Below are positions 11,700 to 25,904 of a stretch of DNA of 52,132 nucleotides, piece after piece. Under the pieces are notes generated by a model. That model saw only the letters and a program-made list of their open reading frames with translations. It was not told where the DNA came from and did not search any database. The position numbers and the translations under genes are program-made. This stretch comes from Octopus bimaculoides (Eukaryota): assembly GCF_001194135.2 (NCBI RefSeq), contig NC_068981.1:180459835-180511966 (forward strand), read 5' to 3'. Position 1 is the first letter of the stretch; every line of letters starts with the position of its first letter.

Positions 11700-12450
11700 A
11701 TTGATTTCCTTTTTACCAAAGCCATTACCTTTGCAGGTTCTATTTCGCTTTCCTTATGAATCCACCTTGAACCCACATCCATTCTCAGCCCGCCAGCGCA
11801 CTGGTGCCTTTGTTTTTGCTTGTTTTTCCTGCTTTACTTTGCTGCTGTTTTTCTTCTCCATGCCTGTTAACCTTCCTCTGATATTGCTGCACTTCTTATG
11901 TGTTCATAGCTTGCACCAAATACACTTTACGGAGCTTCTACCCACAACTTTTCCACATATCGAGCAGGGCCATCCACCTGAAGGGATTTGTGATTTGTCT
12001 GCTTTCCTACTAAATAAGACTTTGGTTTTTGCTAAATTAACTCTTCGATTCTAGACCTTGCTTCCACATCGAAATTTTTTTCTACAGTTCTGGTAGTGAT
12101 TTAGCTATGAGAACAAGGTCATCAGTACAGAGGAGCTCCCAGGGGCAGCCTGACTTAAATTTCTCTGTTATTACCTGGAAAACTATGATGAACAAGAGGG
12201 GGATGAGGACCGATCCTTGCTGAATCTTACTCGTATTCTGAATTCATCGCTATATTTGTTGCCAACCATCATCTTACAGACAGCATCCCTGTATGTGGCT
12301 TGCACAGTTCTCACCAGCCTCTTCTTTATCCCTAGATTGTTCCTCTCTTTCAGCCTCATCCTGACCCTTCTCGGATTCTATTGGGTCACTAGCTTCCTTT
12401 CCTTGTTCACACTTTTGTACTTTCACCTCTACTTTAACTATTTTCTACAA
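11700..12450 (-). pseudogene. RTE-clade LINE reverse transcriptase fragment with a downstream Cys-rich motif
   Basis: Frameshifted reading DEFRIRV..QQGSVLIPLLFIIVFQVITEKFKSGCPWELLCTDDLVLIA...CPCSICGKVVGRSSVKCIWCKL.THKKCS, with degenerate QGSVLSPLLF and LLYADD motifs. Confidence 0.8.
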
Positions 12451-12512
12451 GTCCAAGTGTGGTTGCATTAAGGTTGTATAAGGTGTATATATATATTATG
12501 GGTGTGTATATA

Positions 12513-12554
<42 letters not shown>

Positions 12555-12649
12555 TATTTATTTATAGGGGTGTATATTCATATATATAAACATATAACCC
12601 CATAAATAAATACGTACATACACATACACACTTTTTTTTCGACCTTTTA

Positions 12650-12939
12650 AAGCCTAGCCAGGCTCATGGGCCCGGTTTCCCGGTTTCTATGGCGTATGTG
12701 TTCCCCCCAGCTGGACGGGACGCCAGTCCATCGCAGCGTTACTCAAGAAACAGGAAGAAAGGGTGAGAGAAAGTTGGGGCGAAAAAGTACAACAGGGGTC
12801 ACCACCACCTCCTGCCGGAGCCTCGTGAAGCTTTAGGTGTTTTCACTCAATAAACACACACAACGCCCGGTCTGGGAATCGAAACCGCGATCCTTCGACC
12901 GCGAGTCCGCTGCCCTAACCACTGGGCCATTGCGCCTCC
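12650..12939 (-). mobile_element. tRNA-derived SINE, family 2 head (ggaggcgcaatggcccagtggttagggcagcggactcgcgg)
   Basis: tRNA-like head with A/B boxes followed by a non-tRNA body. Same head as 14976. Confidence 0.85.
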
Positions 12940-12951
12940 ACACACATACAT

Positions 12952-13032
<81 letters not shown>

Positions 13033-13046
13033 NNNNNNNNNNNNNN

Positions 13047-13112
<66 letters not shown>

Positions 13113-13147
13113 GTGATTGTAAAGAAATATGTAAACATACGCACACA

Positions 13148-13183
<36 letters not shown>

Positions 13184-13714
13184 GATACATACAAATGTGC
13201 ATTTATATCTACACACACACAGATATGTATGTATATGTATATATGTATGTATATGTATATATGTATGTATATGTATATATGTATGTATATGTATATGTGT
13301 GTGTGTGTGTCTGTATCTGTGTGTACATGCGGTACTTGTCTGCATTTCTTTTTTTCCGTTTTTTTGTATAATTATTTTTAAGGACGTTGAAACTGAATAA
13401 TTATTTCAGGCGATTTGTGCTAATGAGAGCTGGAAGTCGTTAAACAAATTGGATTCATGTTTTTTCTGAGATTCAGTGGCCGTGAAGTAAACTGCTGGAA
13501 TTTTAAGTTCGCGTGCACGTGCGTGTGTGTGCGTGTGTGTGTCTGTGTGTGCGTGTATGAAGAGGGAGGGTTTTCTTTTTTGTTGCTTTGTGTTTTATAC
13601 TTTTGCTTTTTGTTCTTTTATTTTTTCACTTGTTTTATGCATGTCAATATAAAATTTCTGCCTTGTTATAAGAAACTAATAGCAATACAAGTAGCAAGGA
13701 ATGAGTCAACGTTG

Positions 13715-14018
13715 AAGCCTTTATAGCGTCGAGCTTACAATCGTTGGGTAGTGAGTTCGATTCCCTGACCGGGCTATGTATTGTGTGCTTGACTAAAACA
13801 CTTTATTTCACGTTGCTCCAGTTCACTCTGCTGTAGAAATGAGTCGCGAGGTCACTGGTGCCAAACCGTGTTGGCTCTTGTTTTTCCTTTGACTAACATC
13901 GGTGGCATATAGACAGGAGGCTGCTACGCATTGGCGACTGCTGGTCTTGCACAAACAACCTTGCCCGGAACTTTCTAGGTGCAATTTCATGGCCTGTCGT
14001 GACCGAGGAGTTTTTACC
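13715..14018 (+). mobile_element. tRNA-derived SINE, family 3, degenerate
   Basis: gagttcgattccc B box. Homologous to the minus-strand copy at 46565-46868. Confidence 0.7.
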
Positions 14019-14940
14019 TTATATATATATATGCATATTAATTATAATTTCATTTTTTTTCCTTACATCATGGTGCGTATACAAAATGCATTCCACATAA
14101 AAACTTTTATTAAAATAAAATCAGCAAAACAATATTTTCTGTTGTATAGTTACAATCAGTGTGTTTTCAGTGATAGTAAAATCGCTTAACTATCAATTTC
14201 CTATAGAAGTAACATGACATTCGCAACAGTAGCAAAAGTATGGTCATTTGACGGGTAAAACTCTAGTTAGTATATATTAATCAATGGAGATGAGACTTAT
14301 CTCCCTTTGCAAGTCTATGGTAATGCATTACGAAAATCCACCGATTCCTATCAAGAAACTAAAATTACTGAAGTGGTTTATGAGACATTACATCTTCCTC
14401 TCCTATCAGCTTCTCTCGGATATTCTCAGCGTGCACCTAAAATGTCACTTCAGTTGGCCACTAAGACTTATGAGCGACATGTTCTTAATGTCTCAAAACG
14501 TCAAAAGAAATTTGGTTACCCAACTCCCATCAAGACGTACTTGGCCGCCAGACTAAAACACTACGGCCGCCCAGCTTCTAGTTTTTGTTCATGGCCATTG
14601 AATTACTATACGAGTCTAGAAAATTTGTGTTTATCTCTTGATCCATGCCTTTCCAAAACATTTTAAACCTGGCACTGTATTCGGTCTGTACAAGAGGAAT
14701 GAAAATCTCGCAGCCGGCAAAGGAAGCCATCTCAGAAATCCAGGCATCGCTAATGACTACCACATTTAAAATTAGTAACTTGAAACCGTCTGTCTTCATG
14801 TTCTGGGTTCAAATTCCACCCTGGACGACTTAGCCTTTCATCCTTTCGGTCTCGATACAATAAGTACCAGTTGAATGTACTGGTGGCTTTGTGCCAATAT
14901 TTGAAACCATTACTATTGTTGCTGCTGCTGCTGCTGCTGC

Positions 14941-14972
<32 letters not shown>

Positions 14973-14975
14973 GTA

Positions 14976-15350
14976 GAGGCGCAATGACCCAGTGGTTAGG
15001 GCAGCGGACTCGCGGTCATAGGATCGCGGTTTCGATTCCCTTACCAGGCGTTGTGAGTGTTTATTGAGCGAAAACACCTAAAAGCTCCACGAGGCTCCGG
15101 CAGGGGATGGTGGCGAACCCTGCTGTACTCTTTCACCACAACTTTCTCTCACTCTTACTTCCTGTTGTGTCTGTAATTCAGAGAGTCAGCCTTGACACAT
15201 TGTGTCACGTTGAATATCCCCGAGAACTACGTTAAGGGTACATGTGTCCGTGGAGTGCTCAGCCACTTGCACGTTAATTTCACGAGCAGGCTGTTCCGTT
15301 GATCGGATCAACTGGAACCCTCGACGTCGTAAGAGACGGAGTGCCAACAA
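14976..15350 (+). mobile_element. SINE family 2, apparently full length
   Basis: tRNA-like head, body and ggagtgccaacaac tail. Confidence 0.9.
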
Positions 15351-15367
15351 CATTATTATTGTTATTA

Positions 15368-15579
15368 GGGCCGCGAGCTGGCAGAATCGTTAGCACACCG
15401 GACGAAATGCTTAGCGGTATTTCGCCCGTCAGTACGTTCTGAGTTCAAATTCCGCCGAGGTCGACTTTACCTTTCATCCTTTCGATGTCGATAAATTAAG
15501 TACCAGTGAAACACTGGGTCGATGTAATCGACTAGTCCTCTCCCTCCAAATTTCGGGCCTTGCACCTTTAGCAGAAAGG

Positions 15580-15580
<1 letters not shown>
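15368..15580 (+). mobile_element. SINE family 4 (ggcggcgagctggcagaatcgttagc head) with an (att)n tail
   Basis: gagttcaaattccgccgaggtcgacttt.cctttcatcc body. Many copies in the window. Confidence 0.85.
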
Positions 15581-15639
<59 letters not shown>

Positions 15640-16774
15640 TGCTGAAATGGTGCGGTTGGGGTGGAGGGTGTTATTACTTTCATAACCATGGAAATTTATT
15701 TCACTGTCAGTTTAGTTCTTTTACTATACTGTTTCGGCCTTAAAAGGAACCAAGTTTATTTCTGTTAACCATTTTTTAAAGAAACTGACGCACAATATTG
15801 AATTTAATGTAATCTAACATAAATTCAGGTTCTTTGGAATTAGTGTGTAATAAAATTCAAGAATGCTCAGTAGTTTAATAGTTAAAGCCAAAAACTGAAA
15901 TTGACGATACGTATACAGTTGGGCATAAATATATCTGTGGATAGTATTAAATTTAAGTAGACGCATGCAGTACGTTATTCTTTTCGAGCGCGAGAGATCA
16001 CGCGTTGTGTGTTTTTTTATAAGTGTGTGTGTGTTAGTGTGTGTAAGAGTGTGCGCTTATATGTGAGTGAGTATGTGCTTGTGTGCGCGTGGTTTAACAC
16101 ATGTATTAATTTAACCTCGTTTTCTTCATTAGAAAACTAAAGGAAATTAAATCAAGTTGTCGTGCCGTTATTCTTTGCATCACCTCTTAACACCAACATT
16201 ATTTGACACATAATAATTAAATATAACTCAATGTCTAACTTCCACAGAATCCACAATATCAAAACACATTTAAAAAAAATAAATAACCAAGTTTGTCGCC
16301 CACAGTTATAACAACAATATTTTTTATCTAATCTAATTACCACAGATCCCAAAACATAACTTCATACAATAAGGTATCACAATTATTTTTCTAATAATCG
16401 CTGCTCTAAGCGTTCTGTTGAAAGTTAACAGAAAATTAAAGACATTAACTGCAACTTGAAAAAATACAACGAAATGAGAAGAAAGATCGCTTTTCACAAA
16501 TAGAATTATACCTTTGATCGCTATTTTCAATCCTTCTTGACAAGAAGCTCTATACTTCTTAGACTAGCAGAAATTCTACTTTGTTTAATCACAATTTACT
16601 TGGAATTATTACAAACAAAATAACTCACCAGCCTGTCTCGTGAGAAAATAAACTATGCTCAATGACACACTCATTGGATGCTATACTATCAAAGATTAGA
16701 AGTCACTCTTTGATAGTATCCTGTGAAATAGCAAACAAATATCGACTCTAAGATGCTTAGCGTTTTTATACTTC

Positions 16775-17007
16775 TATTCTCTTTAGTCTTTTACTTGTTT
16801 CAGTCATCCTGACTGCGGCCATGCAGGAGCACCGCCTCTAGTCGAGCAAATCGACCCCCAGGACTTATTCTTTGTCAGCTTAATACTTATTCTATTGGTC
16901 TCTTTGCCGAACCGCTAGCTTGCGGGGACTTAAACACACCAGCATCGGTTGTCAAGCGATGCTGGAGGAGGACAAAAACAGACGACAAACATATACACAT
17001 ACATACA

Positions 17008-17072
<65 letters not shown>

Positions 17073-17241
17073 NNNNNNNNNNNNNNNNNNNNNNNNNNNN
17101 NNNNNNNNNNNNNNNNNNNNNNNNNNNNNNNNNNNNNNNNNNNNNNNNNNNNNNNNNNNNNNNNNNNNNNNNNNNNNNNNNNNNNNNNNNNNNNNNNNNN
17201 NNNNNNNNNNNNNNNNNNNNNNNNNTATACACATACATACA

Positions 17242-17316
<75 letters not shown>

Positions 17317-17471
17317 CGGGCTTCTTTCAGTTTCCGTCTACCAAATTTACTCACAAAGCTTTGGTCGGCCCGAGGCTATAGTAGAAGACACTTACCCAAG
17401 GTGCCACGCAGTGGGACTGAACCCGGGACCATGTGATTGGTAAGCAAGCTACTTACCACACAGCCACTCCT
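16775..17471 (-). mobile_element. SINE family 1 spanning a gap in its (gt)n centre
   Basis: Tail at 16775-16990 and head at 17315-17471. Confidence 0.85.
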
Positions 17472-17619
17472 ATATATATATAACCAGAAATGGCTCTGGC
17501 TCTGACTAAAGTAGAATTAATTATTTAGGTCGATCAATCTTTCTCAACCGATCAATGGGCCGATTGAGTAAATTTATTATTAACGAACCTGTAATGGTTA
17601 CTGGAAACAACTGTAAGTC

Positions 17620-18870
17620 ACATTTACTACAATAACGAAATATGAAATGCCTTGTCATCTGTAACACATACAAAGTTATACAGGAAAACGGTAATGAGAT
17701 AGTTAATAGACTTATATCCACAGTAGAAAGATTGAATGGATTAGAAGTGGAAGGAAAGGATAAAAATATCTCTAAACTTTTTTGGATTCCTAAACTGGAT
17801 AAAGTACCTTTTAAAAGTAGATTTATAGCAGGAGCTTGTAACTGTACAAATAAATAGCTATCTATTTTGGTTGATAAAGCTTTAAAGGTAGTTAGAACAT
17901 AGTTTTATAAATATTGTGATAAAATTTATAACAGTTCGGGGATTAATTATTTTGGGAGTGTTATGTCAACTAAGAAATTTTTGGATAGACTGATTAAATG
18001 CAAGAAGGTTAAGAGTATATGTGTACGATTTTTCGAAGCTATATACAAACTTAAATATGTAGAAGAAGGTATTTTTAGTATATTAGATATTATAATAAAG
18101 AATATGTGTATATCTTTAAAGAATGATAGAGGTTTCTTCTCTAATTGTTATAGGGGATATACTAATATAAATAAGAGAAAAATGAAAGTGATGGTTAGTT
18201 TCATTATTCTTTTCTTCTCTAGGCACAAGGCCCAAAATTTGGTGGGAGGGGACTAGTCGATTAGATCTACTCCAGTACGCAACTGGTACTTAATTTATCG
18301 ACCCCGAAAGGATGAAAGGCAAAGTCGACCTCGGCGGAATTTGAACTCAGAACGTAACGGCAGACGAAATACCGCTAAGCATTTCGCCCGACCCGCTAAC
18401 GTTTCTGCCATCTCACCGCCTTATAGTTAGTTTTATTATTAATAATTCGTTTGTTATGTTTGCGGATAGGGTGTTTGAACGGATTAAGGGAATTCCAATG
18501 AATGGCAATTGTAGCCCAGTATTGGTGGAACTTTATCTTTCTTCATGCGAGTTCTTTTTTCTTAGAAACCTATTTGCGAGGAAAAAGCTTGGTTTGCTTA
18601 AACACCTTAATGGATGCTGCAGATACATAGATGATATATTTATACCTAATTATGGTTTCTTTGAATTTTTACTTATAAAAATATACCATAGAGCATTTAA
18701 GGCCACAAGAAATGGTAATAATATAAAGAATATCAATTATTTAGATGTCAATTTAGTAATTAAGGATAATAATGAGATATGTACTGACATTTATAATAAA
18801 ACAGATTTTGGTTTCCAAGTAGCTTCAATGCCATGGTTCAATAGTAGAATTCCTTCTTTTATAGGATAGA
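17620..18870 (+). pseudogene. Penelope-like retroelement reverse transcriptase, decayed
   Basis: LFWIPKLDKVPFKSRFIAG, GIPMNGNCSPVLVELYL, CRYIDD and NYLDV. Broken by stops and interrupted by a SINE. Confidence 0.85.
18208..18422 (-). mobile_element. SINE family 4 inserted in the Penelope RT
   Basis: Reverse complement of the 15368-15580 family. Confidence 0.9.
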
Positions 18871-18966
18871 AAAGCACCTAGAAGAGACTTGATTGTTGGA
18901 TATTGGTACAAGAAGCTAACCTTCTACCGACCATATCTTATCAACCTGTACGAATTTAAAGCCTGT

Positions 18967-18998
<32 letters not shown>

Positions 18999-19652
18999 NN
19001 NNNNNNNNNNNNNNNNNNNNNNNNNNNNNNNNNNNNNNNNNNNNNNNNNNNNNNNNNNNNNNNNNNNNNNNNNNNNNNNNNNNNNNNNNNNNNNNNNNNN
19101 NNNNNNNNNNNNNNNNNNNNNNNNNNNNNNNNNNNNNNNNNNNNNNNNNNNNNNNNNNNNNNNNNNNNNNNNNNNNNNNNNNNNNNNNNNNNNNNNNNNN
19201 NNNNNNNNNNNNNNNNNNNNNNNNNNNNNNNNNNNNNNNNNNNNNNNNNNNNNNNNNNNNNNNNNNNNNNNNNNNNNNNNNNNNNNNNNNNNNNNNNNNN
19301 NNNNNNNNNNNNNNNNNNNNNNNNNNNNNNNNNNNNNNNNNNNNNNNNNNNNNNNNNNNNNNNNNNNNNNNNNNNNNNNNNNNNNNNNNNNNNNNNNNNN
19401 NNNNNNNNNNNNNNNNNNNNNNNNNNNNNNNNNNNNNNNNNNNNNNNNNNNNNNNNNNNNNNNNNNNNNNNNNNNNNNNNNNNNNNNNNNNNNNNNNNNN
19501 NNNNNNNNNNNNNNNNNNNNNNNNNNNNNNNNNNNNNNNNNNNNNNNNNNNNNNNNNNNNNNNNNNNNNNNNNNNNNNNNNNNNNNNNNNNNNNNNNNNN
19601 TTAATGTTTTAGAGTGTGCGTTTTTTTCAGATTTATGAACTACTGACGACAA

Positions 19653-19712
<60 letters not shown>

Positions 19713-20554
19713 ACGTATGTATATAAAGGAAAAGAGGAAGAGAGAAATATTCAAAGAGAAGGAATGATAGGTGTAGACCGATAGAGAGTGATAGTGGAAG
19801 GGGGCGAATGGAGAAATTTGATCGTTTCTTGCGCTCGTAAGGTCTAAAAAGCAGCTAAATGGTCAATCGATATAGTGGATATAGCAGCCAAATCCCCATA
19901 TATGACATATGAACATCTGACACAGGAAGGACACATTGGGTAATAATTTCTATGAAAAAAAAACATTCATTAATAATCACAGTCGGAACAATTTTAAAAC
20001 TTGGCCTTTTCATTCCGGGATCGATTTGGGGTGAGCAATAACGAATATAAACTTATTTACTCTTTTGTATGCAAGGAACGCTTCAATTTCATCATAACTC
20101 TCTCTCATTCTCTCCCTCTTACTCCCTTTCTATCGTTCTCCCGCTGTATCTTTCTGTCTACTTTCTATCTAGCCCAAGTGCTTAAAATAGAGTGGACTCC
20201 CCTAGGGTTACCCACGTAGACAGTTTGTAGGTTTCAACCGATCAATGGGGTACATTCACCACACACATAGGCTAGAGTGGACTGGAATTCAAAGAATAGA
20301 AAGATATACACCATGTATTCCGTCCGACGCTCTTGCTGTTCTACTACTCTACGCCCTGAATGAGTATATTTTATCGTCCTTGAAAGTATGTATAATGAGG
20401 CTATACATGTTGCCATTGCAGGCCTTCCGAGATTGGCTATATCATTTATATGAGTGTGCGCGTGTGTGTGTGCCTTTGTGAGTAAGATGTTTGTGCGCGG
20501 AAACGTATCTGTGCATGCATTGGTAAGATGTAATTATTCTGAATATTAGTTTTT

Positions 20555-20770
20555 GGCGGCGGCGAGCTGACAGAATGGTTAGCACGTCGGGCAAAATGCT
20601 TAGCAGCATTTCGTTCATCTTTACGTTCTGAGTTCAAATTCCGCTGAGGTCGACTTTGCCTTTCATCATTTCGAGATGGATAAAATAAGTAGCATTTGAG
20701 CACTGGGGTCGATGTAATCGACTTAACTTCTCCCCGAAATTGCTGGCTTTGTGCCAAAATTTGAAATCAA
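20555..20770 (+). mobile_element. SINE family 4
   Basis: Same head and body as 15368. Confidence 0.85.
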
Positions 20771-21994
20771 TATTAGTATTAATTTAGAAATTAATAACTA
20801 TTGCAGTAAGTTTCAATGATTTCATGAATAAAGATATTTTTGTAGAATTTGTAAAATATTCTATTATGACGTAATTTCAGTCTTAGCTTTTCAACACAGA
20901 AAATTATATGTAGTTAACAGATTTGGTAAATATTTGGGTTTAAATACTCCGTTAGAAAATTTCAATACATTTCAATTATGGCGTCATAACACACTGATTT
21001 CCCTTGCGAATACACGGAACAATTTTACTTTCGTCTTATCGCCTTCAATACTTCAGCAGACACCATCACTGGATTTATAGATAGTCTTGTCTATAATCAA
21101 TATAGCAGTGAAATATTCTGACTGTGTTAAGTAAGCATTTGATTCTACAGTCCGAGAAACAAGCACGCACATACAAACACATATTCTGCTAGTTCGAGGA
21201 TGAGATCATCAGCTGTTGATTAGGATTTCGGATTTTACCCGTTTGTTTATATTGATATGAGGATTCAGATTTGTAGCGCTGATTAGTAAATGTGATATTT
21301 ATATCTACTGACAATGCAATGGGAGAAAGAAAGACATATGAAAAGCGTCGCTTGCGTGCGTGAGATCTTAAAGAAGCATCTATATAGTCAATCGACATGG
21401 TAGACATAGCAACCAAATCTCCATACATCACACCTAAACAACTGAAAACAGAAGGATACATTGGGTAATAAATTTTGTTAAATGAAAAACCTCTATGGAT
21501 TGTCACGGCCGAAATATTTTAACTTTCTGTTCGTCCAAGTCCTACTTTAGGATAAGCAATAACAAATCTACGCTTAGACATTCTTATGGACGCAAGAAAC
21601 GCTTCAATTTCAAAATACCTCTCTTTCCCTATCTCTCTCTCTCTATCTATCTATCTATTTATCTCTATTTATCTATCTATCTTTCTCCCAAGTGTTCTCC
21701 TTTTTTTTTTTTTGTTGCTTCAGTTTGTGTATGCGTGTATATCTGATTGAGTTGATGTGTATGAAGTAAATTACAATGAAACGTAGCAAAATCTTCTTCT
21801 CGTAAAAAATATAACTGGGACGTTCGTAAATAATTTTTAAGATATAGATTTGAGCACAGTTTTTGAGTTTGTCAACTGAGAAGTTGTGTAAAGCCGTTAT
21901 GAATTATAAAACGTAAGAAGGAACGTTGTCGCAAAAAGAACTACTTTTATATCCTTGAATTCCATAAGTTTATTACAAACAGTCCAAACACGTA

Positions 21995-22212
21995 CGAGAG
22001 GGTGTTGAAAAGTTCCTGGCTTTAAGGGTGTCGCGAAAAGTCTGGTTAATGGGCCAACCTTCAGAGTTCTTTTGCAGAGCATAGAAAAACTGAAGGACCG
22101 CTGCGATATAAGTGTGTGAATCTGAGAGAGGAATATGTTAAATAAAATCATAATTAACTGATCCTCCTGTATTTCTTTTTACCTAAAGCCAGAGACTTTT
22201 CAGCACCCCTCG
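21995..22212 (+). mobile_element. Mariner-derived MITE or internal-deletion element
   Basis: TA flanks at 21993-21994 and 22213-22214. TIRs cgagagggtgttgaaaagttcctggcttta and taaagccagagacttttcagcacccctcg. Internal IEKLKDR..KCVNLREEYVK* matches the mariner transposase C-terminus. Confidence 0.85.
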
Positions 22213-22355
22213 TACATTAAATCCAACCAAATACATATATACATACATACATTCATGTTGACAAACATACCTACATATGTATGTCAATACATATAAACAT
22301 ATATACATACACCAAAGGATTATTCAGACCTGATTTTTTTTTTCATTGTTATTAA

Positions 22356-22486
22356 GGCGGAGAGCTGGCAGAATCGTTAGCACGTCGGACGAAATGCTTC
22401 GCAACGTTTCTTCTGTCTTTACGTTTTAAGTTCAAATTCCGCCGAGGTCAACTTTGCTTTTCATCTTTTCGGGGTCGATAAACTAA
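22356..22486 (+). mobile_element. SINE family 4, 3'-truncated
   Basis: Head and central block only, abutting array block A. Confidence 0.8.
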
Positions 22487-23012
22487 GAATTGCAGTAAAT
22501 GTCAACGGTTTCATGAATGAATACATTTTGTATAGTTTGAAAACTATTTCATTGCGACGTTTTTTCAATACACTAAAATTTAAGATAGGTAACGACCGAG
22601 TAAGCGAACGAATGAAAGAGTGATAAAGACGGAGACAGGGACAGAGAGACAGAAAAAAGAGAGAGACACATAGAGAAGGAGAGAAAGGTTCAACGAGACA
22701 GAAAACAGAGGTAGTCCTTCAGACGGAGAGAATGAGAGACAACGAGGTACTATGAAGTTGAAACGAAGCTTCTACATGGTCAACTAATGTAGAAGACATA
22801 GCAGCCTTTGGAAAATGTAGGACATATTGGGTAATAAATGTATTACAAAAAATTCTTGGCCCGTGTGAGTTAGACTTTGTTCTGTCCATCCAGGGTCGAC
22901 ATTGGGATAATAACACTCACACATTGTTATTCACATAAGAAACGTTTCAATTTCATAATACCTCTCTCTGTGCCGCTCTTTCTATCGTTCTTCCGCTGAA
23001 TTTCTCCCTCTT

Positions 23013-23063
<51 letters not shown>

Positions 23064-23369
23064 GTCCGCTTATCTCTCCAGTGTTGTCGATCTTTTGTTG
23101 CTTCTGTGTGTGTATGTGTGTCTATGACGTAAATTAAAATAAAACGCTACAAAAACTTCTTTTTGAAAATTATAGTAACTGTCAGTTGAAACACTAGGAT
23201 TTTCGAGCATTTTTACTCAATTGAAAATTGCGTGAGACGCCTAAGAATTTTCCAAGTGTGAAAATAAACGTTGTCAAAGAAGCATTACATTTATTTGAAT
23301 CCTATAATTTTAATATCAGAAAATGGTCCAAACGCAAAATGAATCTAAATAGATAAACACATACATGCA

Positions 23370-23464
23370 CAAGTGTCTTCTACTATAGCCTCGGGCCGAC
23401 CAAAGCCTTGTGAGTGGATTTGGCAACCGGAAACTGAAAGAAGCCCGTCGTGTGTGTGTGTGTG

Positions 23465-23506
<42 letters not shown>

Positions 23507-23677
23507 CCTGTGTTTGTCCCCCACCATCGCTTGACAACTGATACTGGTGTGTTTACGTCCCCGTAACTTACCGGTTCGGCAAAAGAGACCGATAGAATAA
23601 GTACTAGACTTACAAAGAATGAGTTCTGGGGTCGATTTGTTCGACTAAAGGCGGTGCTCCAGCATGGCCACAGTCAA

Positions 23678-23680
<3 letters not shown>
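23370..23680 (+). mobile_element. SINE family 1, 5'-truncated
   Basis: Starts at caagtgtcttctactatagcc and runs to the ccagcatggccacagtcaaatg tail. Confidence 0.85.
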
Positions 23681-23743
<63 letters not shown>

Positions 23744-23837
23744 ATGTACGCATGCATGTATGTATGTGAACGCGCTTGTGTGTGTGAGTTCAATTAAATT
23801 ATTATTTACTTTTTTCTTATTATTGCTCGCAGCAGCT

Positions 23838-23923
<86 letters not shown>

Positions 23924-24299
23924 TTTATAAGAATTGCAGTATGTATCAATGATTTTATGAATGGAGACATTATTTAGAATTTGTAAAGCATTCGGTTATG
24001 ACGTAGTAGCAAGCCTAATATTTCAATACAGAAAATTTAACGCAGGTAACGAGCGAATGAGCGGGAGATGGGAGAGAGAGAAAGAGAGAGAGAATGAGAG
24101 ACAGAGAATGAGAGACAGAGAATGAGAGAATGAGAGACAGAGAGTGAGATGTGAGGGAAGAGGGGAAGAGACGTATTCTGAAACTGAAGCGTTTCTTGCG
24201 TGCTTAAAATCTAAAAGCGTCTATCTGGTCAATCGATGTAGTTAGACATAACAGCCAAATCACACCTTCAGAAAAGGATATATTCGGTAATAAATTCTT

Positions 24300-24905
24300 T
24301 CTTTCTTTGCTTTTAACCCTCCAATGCAGAGTATAGGTCACTTATAATTGAATTCCATGTCGCATAATTTTTCGCTTCTGTACTTATTCTCTGCTATGAA
24401 TGTCCCCCTTTCTCTAGTTCCTTTTGTGTTGATCTACGCCACGAGTTCTTAGGCCTACCCCTCTTTCTATATCCATCCGGATTCCACTGTAAAGCACTTT
24501 TCACTGCATTTGGTGTGTCCTTTCTAATTTAATTGTACTACCAATCCACTTCCACTTTTTCTTAAATATTTGCTCCCTAATCGAAACTTGATTTGTTCTT
24601 TGCCATAGCTCCATATTGCTTATGTGTTCGGGCCAACAAATTTTAAGTATACTACGCAAGCATCTGTTGATGAATGATTGTATTTGCTTATTTGACTTAA
24701 CTGTTGCTCGCCATGTCTCAGCCCCATAGAATAACACCGCTTTTACGTTAGTGTTAAAAATTCTTATTTTGTTCTTTATTGAAATTACACTTGCGCTCCA
24801 TACATGTGAAAAGCGGTCCTTGCCTTACTTATTCTCGTCTTAATATCTTCGTCGGTACCGCCTGAGAACGTTATCTTACTACCTAAATACGTAAACTCTC
24901 GAATA
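24300..24905 (-). pseudogene. RTE LINE 3' fragment inserted inside an array cassette
   Basis: EFTYLGSKI...DEDIKTRISKARTAF...IRIFNTNVKAVLFYGAETW...FINRCLRSILKICWPEHISN..LWQRT...KKWKWIG. Confidence 0.85.
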
Positions 24906-25379
24906 CTCATAGCCGGAAAATTTTAACTTTGGTCTGTTCATCCATTTTCGACATAGCATAAGCTTTCTAAAGTACGCAAGAAGCCCTTCAATTTCATTAT
25001 AATGCTTATCTTTCTGTATCTTCCTCTTTTTGATTTTCTGTCTATTTGTTCTCCCAACTTACCCTCTCTCTGGATCTTTCCACTTTTTCATTCTCTCTCT
25101 CTCACTCTCTCTCTCTCTCTCTCTCACTCTCTCTCTCTCTCTCTCTCACTCTCACTCTCTATTGCTGTCCCACTAATTTGCCCTCTCACTGAATTTTTTC
25201 ATTCTCTCTCTTTCTCTTCATCTCTTTTTTTATCTCTCCAATGTTATTACAATGAAACGCTACAATAGCTTTCCTTTAAAATTATAGTAACTGCATTACC
25301 ACTATTTGGAATCGATAAAATAAGTACCAATCGAGCCGCTCCCTTAAACTTTCTGGCCTTGTGCCAAAAATTTGAGACC

Positions 25380-25422
<43 letters not shown>

Positions 25423-25585
25423 ATTTTCTTTTGTAAATAATAACTAAGGATTGCAAGAATTTTAAAATTATTTTCTTATGACGTAATTTTAATCTTAGTT
25501 CCTCTATTGAGAAAATTACAAAGAGGTAACAGATTTGATAAATATTCGGGTTTAAAATCTCGATTAAAAATTTTGGTACATTTCT

Positions 25586-25614
25586 ATTATGACGTCATAA
25601 TCGATTGATTTCCC
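25586..25614. promoter_or_regulatory. CRE/ATF-type palindrome plus kB-like half site, representative copy
   Basis: attatgacgtcataat, then atttccc 7 nt after the 14-mer. Motif match only, function untested. Confidence 0.3.
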
Positions 25615-25708
25615 TTATGAATATGCGGAACGTGCTTTGTTTATATGTATAGCATTGAAATATTCCAATGATTACACGATAGGCAAGCATTTGATTTTAC
25701 AGCCCCAT

Positions 25709-25770
<62 letters not shown>

Positions 25771-25904
25771 ACTGCTAGTTCGAGGATGTAGACCATTATC
25801 AGTTCATTGGGATTTGGGATTTTATCGGTTTGTTGACATCGAGATGAGGCTTCGATTTGCAGAGAAGACCTTTTGAGTAGTCGTGATATTAACATCTTAT
25901 GCAA

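Noticed and set aside
12890-15040. tRNA-like sequences at 12890-12939 and 14976-15040 (also about 32175-32240)
   Set aside because: These are SINE heads continuing directly into SINE bodies, not stand-alone tRNA genes.
17544-20249. Shared 16-mer tcaaccgatcaatggg at 17544-17559 and 20234-20249
   Set aside because: The flanks do not align convincingly, and it is too short to call an extra array unit or TSD.
20800-21150. Array unit read as a Dscam-like mutually exclusive exon cassette (gtaagt near block A, tacag near block C)
   Set aside because: The GT/AG dinucleotides are not retained across copies, and no frame-preserving exon is bounded by them.
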